NCBI RefSeq assembly: GCF_009914755.1
Contig: NC_060937.1
Reading direction: 5' to 3' (one strand)
Source: the human T2T-CHM13v2.0 reference genome, Homo sapiens
DNA length: 64,000 bases
This document shows positions 42,064 to 54,570 of this stretch, one piece after another (the first letter of the stretch is position 1; the number at the start of each line of letters is the position of its first letter). Position numbers and translations under genes: made by a program. The notes beneath the pieces were generated by a model, which saw only the letters and a list, made by a program, of their open reading frames with translations, ran no database searches and was not told the origin of the DNA.

Positions 42064-44171
42064 AAGATAGATGATAGATAGAGAGCAGGGCCACAGATTT
42101 CACAATAATAGTTTACTGAAATACCATTACTCTGCTGCAAAGAGGCAATTTAGGGTGTTGTTTTTCTATCCAAGCTCATTATTTCAGATGGCCTCAATTT
42201 TCAGAGAGGTGCAGATGGAAAATGCAACAGTTATAGGAAATGTAAAATACTTTAATCTTAAATAATCTGTTTATATAAGCCCTTTGCCTATGGTTACTTG
42301 CATTTGGGACTGGAAGCAAATAAATCAGAAGTCTACTATATGTACATACCTGTCCTGAAAAAATAGCCAGTGGCAGTTATATCCCTAAAGAAAGTCTAGG
42401 TCCTTAAAACTACACCACTAGAAAGTGGTCTAATATAATTGAGCAATCACAAAGAAGGAGAAAGTCTTCATTACTCATCTCACTAATGGCAATGGAGGAC
42501 AGGGGAAACAAATTTAGAGAAGACACAGATACAGAACATGGAGGTCAATGGAGAAAGCTGGGTTTATCCTGGCATGCAAACTTCCCAAGGAGCAGAGCTG
42601 TAGATATTTATTCCATTCGTTATTTCCAGATCATGGCATTTTGGAATAGAGGTGCATACCTGCAGGGGATAGTCAGGTTCCAATTCCAAAGATAAATTCT
42701 GTTTGTCTACTACTTGAACAGACTTATTCAAAATATAAAACAAGGCAACAAGTAATGTCATGCACAGTTGATGGATGCATTTTAGTGGGTTTCTTGTATT
42801 AGATTAAGGAGGGAAGACATTCAGTGTTACACAAGTGCCCTCATAAGCATGCAACATCTCTAGCTTCCAAAATAGCTAATAATCATATGAGTATGGTTAT
42901 TTTCTATGTTAATGATGATGTCCTTAGTGTTATCTATTTACTCAATAAACACACACATGAAACAACCCTGTCAAAGTAGCTGTTAAAAATAAAGATTGCC
43001 ATTTTCCATGTGAATAATCATGACCTTAGAGTTTTATATATACCCCATTATTTCTGATAATTTTACATCCTAATGTTTAGAGTTATTAAACTGTGACAGA
43101 TTGTTTGGGGCTAGACTACTACATGCTATGAACTAAATAACAGGTGAGTCTTGCCAGGGCTAATTACAGGAAGTTCTGGTGTCATCAGCTAATGCTTCTC
43201 TTGGAAAAAAAAATGATTGCTTACACTGTCGATCAATGTTCACTGTTTTATTTTATCTCATATTTATTATAAGCAAGTATTAAATATAATATTCTGAATC
43301 ACATTTATTTTATTTTCAATAGGTTTTTTAAATTAAAAATATGTAAGGGATTATGGGAAGAAAAAGCTAGAAATAACTTGAAAAAAACCTAATTATATGA
43401 CAAATATATAAGACTTTGTACACTTAGTGTATAACTGCATTAACAACTCGATGATTATGTATGATTTTTCTCAAAATGTAACTTTGAAGCAGACTGTACT
43501 ACATTTTAGTAAAACACTGAGAAAAAATAAGCTAGAATATATAATTTTGATAAATTCTAAAAATTTTTAATTTCTTAAATGGATATATTGTTATAATTTC
43601 TATCTTTAATAAAATAGCTAGTTAAGATTTTATATCACTTGTGCAGAATGCAAGATTAGACATAGTTGCTTTATAGAGGCCACCATAACAACCAAAATGG
43701 AAATCAAAACTTACTCACAAATCAGTATGGAAGAGGTCAGGACTGCAGGATGTATTATAAAAGAAAGGTATGAACATATTAAGTTTCATATAAGGAAAAA
43801 GGAAAATAAGGAATGTATTGATCAAACTGGTTATGAAAAGCTTTTTTTGTTTTTAGAGTTGTCCATGGTCACCTTTCAGTCCCATCTTGTGGAACTGGTT
43901 ACCTGTAATCCACCAGGGACACCTTCAACTACATTAAAATAAATGTATTAAAAATTTACGAAAGTTTTCATATAAAATTAAGTACATCATAGCAAAATCT
44001 TTTATCGTTTTGTCTCCTACATTTTTATTAAAGGAAACCTATATTGATAAGTTAATATAAGCCTATATTGATAAGTTTGAAATCTTCAGAAAACTTTAAG
44101 GAATACAAACATCATTTATGAACATTAAAGGTCAAAGTACATTTACATGTTGATTTAGAAATGAGCCTCCT

Positions 44172-44453
44172 GGCTGGGCATGGTGGCTCACGCCTGTAAT
44201 CTCAACACTTTCAAAGGCCAAGGCAAGTAGACTGCTTGAGGACAGGAGTTCAAGACTAGCCTGGGAAAAATGGTGAAACCCTGTCTCTACAAAAAATACA
44301 AAAATTAGCCAGATATGGTGGTGTGTGCCTGTAGCTACTAGGGAGGCTAAGGTGGGAACCTGGGAGGCAGAGGTTGCAATGAGCGGAGATGGTGCCACTG
44401 CACTGCAACCTGGGTGACAGAGTGAGACTTTGTCTCAAAAAAGAAAAGAAAGA
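44172..44453 (+). mobile_element. AluJb-like
   Basis: GGCTGGGCATGGTGGCTCACGCC.. with an A-rich tail. TSD AGA(A/G)ATGAGCCTC at 44157 and 44454. Confidence 0.94.
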
Positions 44454-44734
44454 AGAGATGAGCCTCTTTCAAATGCACCAAGTTCATTCATCTGAAGCTC
44501 ACTTAGAATTGTAAAAGAATTACTGTAACATCACTCAATACATTTCCTCAGATTTTATACCCTGAAATTATTTCCGTTGACACAAATATAAATGAGTTAT
44601 TTTTAAAGAAGAATGAGAATTCACTTCTTGTTTCCAGATTCCAAAATAGTAAAAACAAAACTAAATCTTGAATGTGACAGGGAATGCAAAATAAAGTACC
44701 TGACTTTGAACAACAGGAGATACTGACAGTATAG

Positions 44735-45145
<411 letters not shown>

Positions 45146-46048
45146 TAAATATAAATTAGGTAATGCTATTCTATTACAGTAAGTTATAATGTATCTATAT
45201 GAGACCTACAGTGTTTGGGTTGATAAAGTCTAAGCAATTTTTTTTAACTTTTATCATATTAATTTTCTAATTACAAAAGCAGTAATTATAGAGTATAACA
45301 TATATACCAAATACATAGTGTAGTTAATTAATATTATTTAACTAATAGTTAACTTACATATTTAATATAGGTTAAAAGTTATCTGAAAATAATTTGCATC
45401 TTAAAATAATTCAATAGATCTTGATCTTACAGTAGCTTGAAAGAATTTGTATCAAATACACTTCAGTAAATAATATTTCAAAAGTCCTGCGATCTCCCAA
45501 TGAAAAATTATTCAAGGTAATGCATACATATCTTTCTCATCCAAATGTGCAAAGTCGTTCAATATGAACACGTGAATAACAGCATTTGAAAAATATAAGG
45601 ATATGTGAAGCTATTATATGTATATATGTAGATGATACTTCTTAGTCTCGTGTGGAGTATTTCAGAACGTTCCTAATATATTTAAAACTTTAATTTTATG
45701 ATTCTGAAAAGAAAAATAAAATCAATTTATTTTAAAACCAATTAAGTGAAGTTTGTTCAGTTTTATTTTGTTGAAAACTGTAGTTTCTAATGATTTTGAA
45801 TTGTTCTGAATAGCTTTTAAAAACACGTTAACATAAGTATGTCCATATGTGATGTATGTAATATGGACATGTGTATTTTCACAGATATATTATCTCATTG
45901 AAAATTTATATATAGGCATAACACTGATTTATTGTGTTCCTCATAAAATTTAAAAACTCTTTGCTTTTTCTTTTTTTATAATTTTTAAATATATGGTGCA
46001 TACAAAACGTCTTATTTATAAACTATTGGCATAATTATAAAATAAACT

Positions 46049-46213
46049 CTTGACCCATTATCCAACTTAAGTGCTAGACAACCAAGAATACTTTGCATCT
46101 ACCCCTATGCTCCTACTTTATGCTCCTACTTGACCCATTATCCAACTTAAGTGCTAGACAACAAAGAATACTTTGCATCTACCCCTATGCTCCTACTTTA
46201 AAGTAGGAGCATA
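46049..46213. repeat. 72-bp direct duplication plus 28-bp perfect palindrome
   Basis: Copies at 46049-46120 and 46129-46200 (1 mismatch). Palindrome TATGCTCCTACTTTAAAGTAGGAGCATA at 46186-46213. Confidence 0.95.
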
Positions 46214-46255
46214 CTTTCCCTCGCCTCCCCTGACAAGCATTATTTTAAAATTCAT

Positions 46256-46583
46256 TGTATCAGTCAGCTTTCCTTGAGTAAGAAATCAGCACAACATTTA
46301 ATGGCAAATAGTAAGCATTTATTTCTTACTCATAATTCTGTGGAGGGGATGATGTGGCTCTGATTTAATCTAAAATCTAGTTTAGGTCTCTTCCATATTT
46401 GTCATTTCTAGGGCTTTTGGAAAATGTCAGAAGGAAAAATGCAAAATAGCACACTGGCATTCCTGCCCACAATCCCATTGGCCAAACAAGTTCTATGGCC
46501 AAAGCCAATGTCACAGGCATATGCCACGGAGATAGTGTCTGAGGGGAGGTGAATATTTGTTGAAAAATAATCTAATCTATTAC
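46256..46583 (-). mobile_element. Old MLT1 (J/K/I-like) LTR
   Basis: TGTATCAGTCAGCTT..GCATTTATTTCTTACTCAT..ATCCCATTGGCCAAACAAGTTCTATGGCCAAAGCC..AATAATCTAATCTATTACA. Confidence 0.7.
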
Positions 46584-49500
46584 AACTGTGCTTATCATTT
46601 ACTTTGATTTTCTTTTCCAAATTGTGAGTATTTGCTTATGGCATTAAATTTCAAAAGAAGAGAAAACCTCGCAGTTTTTTTGGTATGTTAAGCCAGAGGA
46701 GTCAATTTTACCTTTCTAATTATTAATTTATTTAATATTTATTAAGTAGCGCATACTATATTCTAGGCATACTTCCATTTTTCTCCTCCCAAGAAGTTTC
46801 ATCATTTACGATTTCATTCTATCGCTTTCAGATTTCCATTCTGAATATAAATAACTTAAAGGAAATTGCTATTTCTATGTGCCATAGCTGGTTGAAATTT
46901 TTATGCTTACTTGATAGTAATAAGCATGAACATGTTGAAATATACAGTCAGGAAAGATGATGTTCAGTGAATTGTAACACATTTAGAATATTTCAATGAA
47001 ATTAAAATTGCAATAATTTGCAAAGAAAAACTCCATTAAAATGATTGGATTAATTTGTCAGTAGAAAGTTTATTTCTCCAAGAGAGCTTTCAAACATCAG
47101 CAATATAATTTTTACCAGTTTCTTTTTTTGTAAAATGAAGTTTAAAGATGGTAGATTCTTTTTCTTACTTTGTGCTATTTAAAATGGAAAAAATTTTGTT
47201 TTGTTTTGTTTTGAGAAAAGCATGAGAGTAAGTAGGGCCCCTCTTTTTGTACAGAACTTTTAAGTTTTCAGGAAACTTCTACAGAGATAAATTTCTCATG
47301 GTATTAGATATCTTAATGTGTACAAATTTAGACATTTTTACTAATTATACAGTAAGATCTGAGAAACCTAATTCTAACTGCTCTTTGTCTTTGTCTAATA
47401 AAGAATACTCAACAAGATTTATAAAGAATCACCCATGTGTTATTGTATATCAGTTCCATATCTAATAGAAAATGATTCTTAAATTCCACATTGCAATGCC
47501 ACGAAACAATTTTTAAGCATGTTTCTTTTATCAGCCTAGATCTCACAATAGTCTATGTAACTTATTTGAAAAACATAGACCAGTTAGGTCTCCTTGACAT
47601 TATCATTATAAACATCTAAAATGGAAAATGAAGTGAGAAAGTCCAGTTATTGCAAATCAGTAAAGCTGTACATATACCATTAATTTATGACTGTCTAAGA
47701 AAGGACAATGATAGGACCAGAGGCATAATGCACACATCTTTTTTATCCATGTAACTTTCATAGCCTCTTTTGGGGTGCTATTGTTCACAAAATCTTTGAT
47801 ATAAAAACAGGGAAAACAAACTTGGCTTAATAACTTCTATAATATTTAGGTCATATCACTATTCCTTGTTGGCAAAATTTGGTATTGGGCAATACTTTTA
47901 GTTAAGCATTCAGTTAGGAGTCTTTTAAATCTTCTCTCTCCACTCCATTCCCTGACCATTGGGCTAGAGAAGCAAAACTTTTAACACCCTAATAAAAGAA
48001 AGAAGATGGATGAAACAGAAAAAGGAGAGAGAGAGAAAGTTTTCCCAAAGCCTAGCTAACAAAAATGTGCTATAGCAATTATGACATTATTAATGAAAGA
48101 GATTTTTTAAATCAACAATGGTGAGAAAATAAACATAATTTTATGAAGTTGGAATAATCTTTGTGATTCTTATAAAATATATCTGTTGCATTATTACATA
48201 TTGCCATTGGAATATTCAATATTTTTCTAAGGTGAAATTAATACTTCCAATTACAAAAGGACCTTCAGAAATTCTGCATAATTAAATGTTCTTTAAAGCC
48301 AGACACAGGGGGAATAGCTAGAGAAAAATCCATGCAGGCTTTAAAACATACTTATTTCCAACAAAAGGTAAGATTTGAAGAATGTGTAGAGGAAAGAACA
48401 GATATAATTTCCATGTATTTCTGAATCACTGGTTTTTAAAAAATATTTTAACAATCAAATTCACTCCTGTGGGAAAATGAAACACATATCAATATAAGTC
48501 ATTTGAATTATTTGCCATATTAGATTGCTACACTTCCTATTGAGATAATCAATGACTTGTCATGCAATTAACTATATCAGGTTAATTAGAAAAATGCAAG
48601 TGAGCTGTATCAAAAATTACTTATTATTGAAAGAATTTGTAAAACCAGTATGATGTGGTGCAGTCACATGCAAATTTCATAGCCTAAAGCCAGACATGCT
48701 CAATTACATTAACAAGTCAAAGTCACTTAACTTCATATTCTGTTAATTTTTTGTATGTTGATAACATATGATCATATGATGTAAACCAAATAACAAATAA
48801 GAAGGCAATTAAAATTGTAAAATTAATACACAATTACCATTATTAGCATACTTAAATGAATTATGGTTAAACCATAATTGGAGCTGTAGTCAATTTTAGA
48901 TTGTATATTATGCCTGAATATTTTGTATCATGGCAGGCTTTTAAAAAAACAAGGTGTATAGAAATATTCAGACAGGTTATATCTTTAACGTATTGCCTCT
49001 GAAAAATTTCCATGGAAAAACCTACTCCTAGAGGTGGAAGATTCTCTATTTTTAGAACTTTGGAAGAGATAAAATGGTTCCTCTATTTTAGTGCTGTTTC
49101 TGCTGTCAGAAATGTCTTCTTAGAACTCTGCTCATTTCAACTGCAAAAGAAAAGGTCAGAAAGTAATTCCCCAGTAACTCACTTCCATTGCTACCTTTCC
49201 AAGCAATAACAATGAAACAGATAGCAACAGGTAGAAGGGGTTTAACATGGAGATTCATAGAGGCAACATTTAATAAGTAAATTATGCTGAAACAAAATTC
49301 AGAAGAACTCTACAATTATGTTCAATCTGGTGCCCATGTATTTCACTGTTCAGATAGCAGATTGTCGTTTTGAAAAACCGAATGGGAGGAATCTAAGCTA
49401 CTAGGCATTTTGCCTAATTTTTCTTCAGCTCTCTCTCCTTTCCTTTAAGCCTTAGACACATGACCACAGAGTCCAGACATGGGGTATATTGAGCTGTAGG

Positions 49501-50407
49501 TTACAATATTTGGAATGTGAGGAGCTGGAGGTAACTTGAAAAATTTTAATGCTAAGCAGCTGCTAGAGGCTATTAGAAGTATATTGGTGATGATCCAGAT
49601 ATAAATGATTTTAATAAAAAAGATTGTGAAGTACAAAATGCCAACCAATTTCCCAGAGCACTGCACTGAAAAATGATGGACCTAGAGAAACATTTGGTTA
49701 AGTCCCCAGTAGCCAAAAAAGGCTTTTGAAAAAACTGGACATTTTAAAAGACCATAGATGATGAATCCATCACATAAAAGTCAAAGACTCTAAGAGTACT
49801 TAGGAAATAATGAATGTGCTATCTCTGATAGATTATGTAATGATTTAAAAAATATATAAAGGTAAAGTAGGCATACTGAAACAATGACCAGAATGCATAT
49901 AGAAGATAAAAGAAAGGTTGGAGCTAGCTGCAGGAAAGTGGAACCCTTCTCAAAGAAAAGTGGGATTTTTTTTTTAATTTGGACGGCTACAGTATAAGAA
50001 TAACTTAGCTTAAGAAATGATAATGTCTTAATGATAAACTTAGCTTCTTAATGAAAAAAGTTAATATGCTGCCATTATTTTAATAATATATTAAATTATA
50101 TCATATAATCATAATACAATAATCTGTCATATTATTCAATATTTAACAAAATATATTTATAAATATAATAAAATTTCATGTTTATATATTTATAAATACA
50201 TTGTATTAAATATTAATCAAATATGTTTGTTTACATATTAATATATATATTTTATTAAATGTTAATCAACAATCATATTGATAATTATTATAGCCAGTTA
50301 TTTTAAAGCTTCAATTACAAATGAGATTATTATATTGGACTCCAGAAAATATATTTATAACACAGTAGGATATATATGTTATTTCTAAACAGAGTAGGAT
50401 ATATACA

Positions 50408-50419
50408 TATACACGTATA

Positions 50420-50457
<38 letters not shown>
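50408..50457. repeat. (TG)n(TA)n microsatellite
   Basis: Read directly. Confidence 0.92.
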
Positions 50458-50639
50458 CCTAATAAATGCTGCTTGATTTTGTTTCAATTTTTTGAAAATA
50501 ATATTTCACATTGTTATTTTAAATAAATATATGCCTGAATTAAAGTAAGAATACCTCAAATAACTTTAAAGCTATGACATTGAATACACAACTTAAACTT
50601 GACTAAAATTCAGTGAGATAAATGGGTTGATCCAATAAA

Positions 50640-50820
50640 TCAGACTATTTGAGTGTGAATTACTGCTTTCTCACCCCTCACCTCCATCTAAGCTTGAGCA
50701 TCTTATTTAATCTGTCATATCTCCTGAATACATGTGGATAATCATAGTACCTACATGATAGATTGGTGAGCATTTTTAGCACAATGCCTGGCACTGGGTA
50801 GGGTTTCAATATTTTATAAT
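50640..50820 (+). mobile_element. MIR fragment
   Basis: GGATAATCATAGTACCTACATGATAGATTGGTGAG..TTAGCACAATGCCTGGCAC. Confidence 0.65.
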
Positions 50821-53292
50821 ATTTCCAAACAGGAACTGTAGCTATAGTACTAAATTATGAATACAATGTAAAGAAAACCATTAAGTAGTAAATAGTCCTT
50901 CAGACCACATGTAAAACCAGATGATTCACTGTGATAATTCATTGCAAAAGCAACTTGTCATTTCAGATGAAGTGATTGGTATGAAACTGAATTAATCATT
51001 CTAAAATTTGGGATAGTCACACTGTAAAAGTGAACTCTGCACATTATGGTTACCTTTCAGGAGAATCAGATTATTTTCCCACAAGCTTTTATTTTTAACT
51101 ATTTATTTATTTTACCAGCTTTATAAGATGTAATAAACAAAAATTGTATATATTTAAGGTGTGCAATGTAATGTTTAGAAACATATACATTATAGAATGA
51201 ATGTCACTCAAATTTACTCTAAATTGTACTCTTCATTAATTTAAATTTGTTAATGTTACAGGTAATTTTCATGATGTTTCTCCTGGACAAATTGATGTTT
51301 CTCATTGTGAAAGCAGAAATATCTAACTTTAAATGTTAAACAATAAATACCAATTAAGTATTAATTTACTTTTTCTCAAAAAGGAACTTAACCCGTTGAT
51401 GGGAGAAATTATCTATTTGGTTAAAATCATTGTAAAATAGAGGAGGTTTTTGGTGCCAAAGTATTCATTTCTTATGTACACTCTAAATATAAAACTGGTA
51501 CCAGCAGTAATTATGAAAAGAGAATTAAATTGCAGGGTGCCATATGTAGTGACTTTTATAGTTGCATTCATATTGATTACATGTAATTTTTATAGCAGAC
51601 CTCTTTTAACTTTATAAAAGAATATGGCAATTAGATGCTTTTACTTTACTACCTGATATATGATCCAATAGAAGTGCTGTAGAAAAGCTGTCTGAATTTA
51701 AATATGTATTTTCACTACATTTAAAAATACCCTGCTTGGTATTTTAAGTATTGTAGAACAGATAGTGTAACATTGCTATTAGTTTTCATAATCATGTCTT
51801 ATTTTGTAGAAAAAAAAACAATGAATTACAAACTTAAAGTTATGTTATTAAGGAATGCTTTCCATAGAACGTCTGATATACTTATTACTAATATTGAACT
51901 TTTAAAAATGACATCTGTATTAATGAAGATTGGCATTAGAAGCTTCGTAATAAAAGGAGATCTTTGTACCTCTATAAATCACATATATTTCTTTCTCTTT
52001 ACTGCTTACTCTCTTGATATTTTGTTATGTGACAGCCATAGATATATACAATATCCTAATTGAGAGTCCGTTTTTAACTAAAAAATGTATATGTAAAAGA
52101 TGCTTTTAAATAACAAATTTAAACTTTTGGTTCTACTTACTATGAAATTTTCAAGTTACTTTATATGTAAAATCATATTATAGATGATGACTTTATTTTA
52201 TTCTACATAGAAATCAAATATGTCAATCATGAAGAATAAAATAAACATTCCCACTCTGATGTTCAAATTTGAAAATGAAGATTTTAGTTTTTTCATTCAT
52301 GTTCCATTGGCTAACATGTGTTCCAGAAATTTGATGGTACAAACTTAAAAGATGGAAGAAACACCTCTTAAATCTACATGACTAACTTCACAAATTATAA
52401 TGGTTGAACATTTAAAATAATTCAATTCTTCTTCAGTCACAGCAAAATACATCTCCATGGTATTTCTTTAACATAAAAGCAATTTATTCTAAACAATTTC
52501 CTTTTGGAACCTGAAACTTGCTATAAGAGGGATTTTGAAAAAAAGCATCTCTATAAAGATATCATCCTAAAAAGAATTAAATGAACTGCACCACCAGCAG
52601 CTATGGAACAACACACAGCTAATTGGGCCACATGAGAATCAAACCTCTGATGCTGGCCACAGCAGCACATAGACAAAGAACAAAGATTCCCTCAGATGCT
52701 TGAACTCAGGACATACTGATGATGAGCTATACTTACTGCCTTCCCCTGCTAAGGCAACACTAGTCTGTTTCTTTCACAGATTTAATAGAAAATTTTGGCA
52801 TGTGATACAGATTTGGACAGAGTACTTTTAATTCTTATCCCACTAAAAATCGGAAGTGGCATCATACTGCTGCCAAAGATGAACACAGGAACTTGCAAAA
52901 AGATGACATAGGAGGGAAGATTATGTTTGTGGAATACTGGAAGGAATAAATTGAGTATCTGTGTCTTATTCCCACTTTTGCGACCATCTAACTATGTAAT
53001 TCATGGACCATGATTGTTCCCTAAAATAACATTGTTTAACTCACAATCATTAATATTTCTCCAAAATTTCCCATTCTCTAACCCTTATCGAAGTCGTGTA
53101 TTAATATATTATCAACTACATGCATGTAAAAAGCTAATTTCTTAAGTACAAGCAATCGTTAAATATGGGTACAAGTGACAATTGTGGAGATTTATTCCAA
53201 ATATAGAATATTTGTATCGACAAAACATATAAATACATGAACATATTCATAGGTTGGTACTCAAAACTAAATATTCACAGATTTAAATATTG

Positions 53293-53387
53293 CTTAGTAA
53301 GTTAAAGGGGATAATAATGTCTATAAGATTTACTGATTAATAATGTAATAACTTAGTAAGTTAAAGGGGATAATAATGTCTATAAGA
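53293..53387. repeat. 36-bp exact direct duplication with a 23-bp spacer
   Basis: CTTAGTAAGTTAAAGGGGATAATAATGTCTATAAGA at 53293 and 53352. Confidence 0.95.
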
Positions 53388-54194
53388 GATTAAAATGAGC
53401 TAAGGTAAAAAATGTTGCACAAACTTAAACCACAATTTAATAATATAAATATGATCATTTCTTATTGAAGTAGCCTTTAAACTCTCTGCATTTATGTTTT
53501 TCCAAAAATATTGCTTCTACTGTAGTTTCAATTTATGATGTTGGTAACGAAGCACACAGAAAGAGCAGCAGCAAGAACAACAATAAAAGTTTACTTTGCT
53601 TGTGAATAACCCAAGGGAGAAGTAGAACACATCTAAGGGGTAGACTGTTACTAGAACTTCTTCTTCTTCCATGTTGATTTATTCATTTAACAAATGCTTA
53701 TATATCACCTGCACCATAATAGCTTCAAAGGAAAAAGTATGAATACGAGGGAGAACCTACTTCATTCTTGGAATTTAAGGCCAATTAAGAAGACAGACAT
53801 TGAATAAGTAATTTTAAGCATGAAGATTCATGGCCTCCACTGATAGCTAATTGTAGGATCATAGGAAACTGCTGCACAATCGGAAACTGGTGTAAATGTG
53901 TTTTAGTACTGACAGACATCATTGGCTAGCTAAGGACGAGAATATTAGTTGACAATAAAGGTTAATTGTAAATAGGGAAGACACAGATTAGGATAGGTTG
54001 CTGCTTCACAGATAATAAAAGTCAGAATTACTAAAGAAGTAATTGCAGGAAATATTTATGAGAATTTGTTCCACATATCCAGAGGAGCCCCTGAAAATAT
54101 TCTGGAAGAACCCCAGAAGACCAGTTATTCTAAAGTATCCTACGCATACAACCTTTGTGGGATGCAATGGTGTTAAGTACTACAACATATATAT

Positions 54195-54570
54195 TCCCTA
54201 AAGCATTAGTTTGTGCTGCTGTAACATAATAGCACAGACTGGGTAATTCAAAAAGAATAGACATTTATTTCTCCCAGTTCTGGAGGTCTGGAAGTCCAAG
54301 ATGAGGTGTTGGCAAGTTGATTGGTGAAGACCAGGTCTCTGCTTCCAAGATGACACTTTGAAGATTGCATTCTCAAGAGGGAAGGAATGCTATGGCCTCA
54401 TGTAACAGAAGGTGGAAGAACAAAACAGTGTGAACTCCCCTCAACAAGTCTTTTTATAAGAGTATCTAATCCCACCAATTACCTTGAGTCCACTCCTCCC
54501 AATACCATTGCATTGGGAATTAAATTTTAAAATGGATTTTGGAGGGGACAAAAACATTCAAACCTTTTCA
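54195..54570 (-). mobile_element. MST (C/D-like) MaLR LTR
   Basis: TGTGCTGCTGTAACATAATAGCACAGACTGGGTAATT..CAGTTCTGGAGGTCTGGAAGTCCAAGAT..TTTGGAGGGGACAAAAACATTCAAACC. Confidence 0.85.

Noticed and set aside
45839-45870. 10-bp inverted repeat ATGTCCATAT/ATATGGACAT
   Set aside because: Short, AT-rich and isolated, so plausible by chance.
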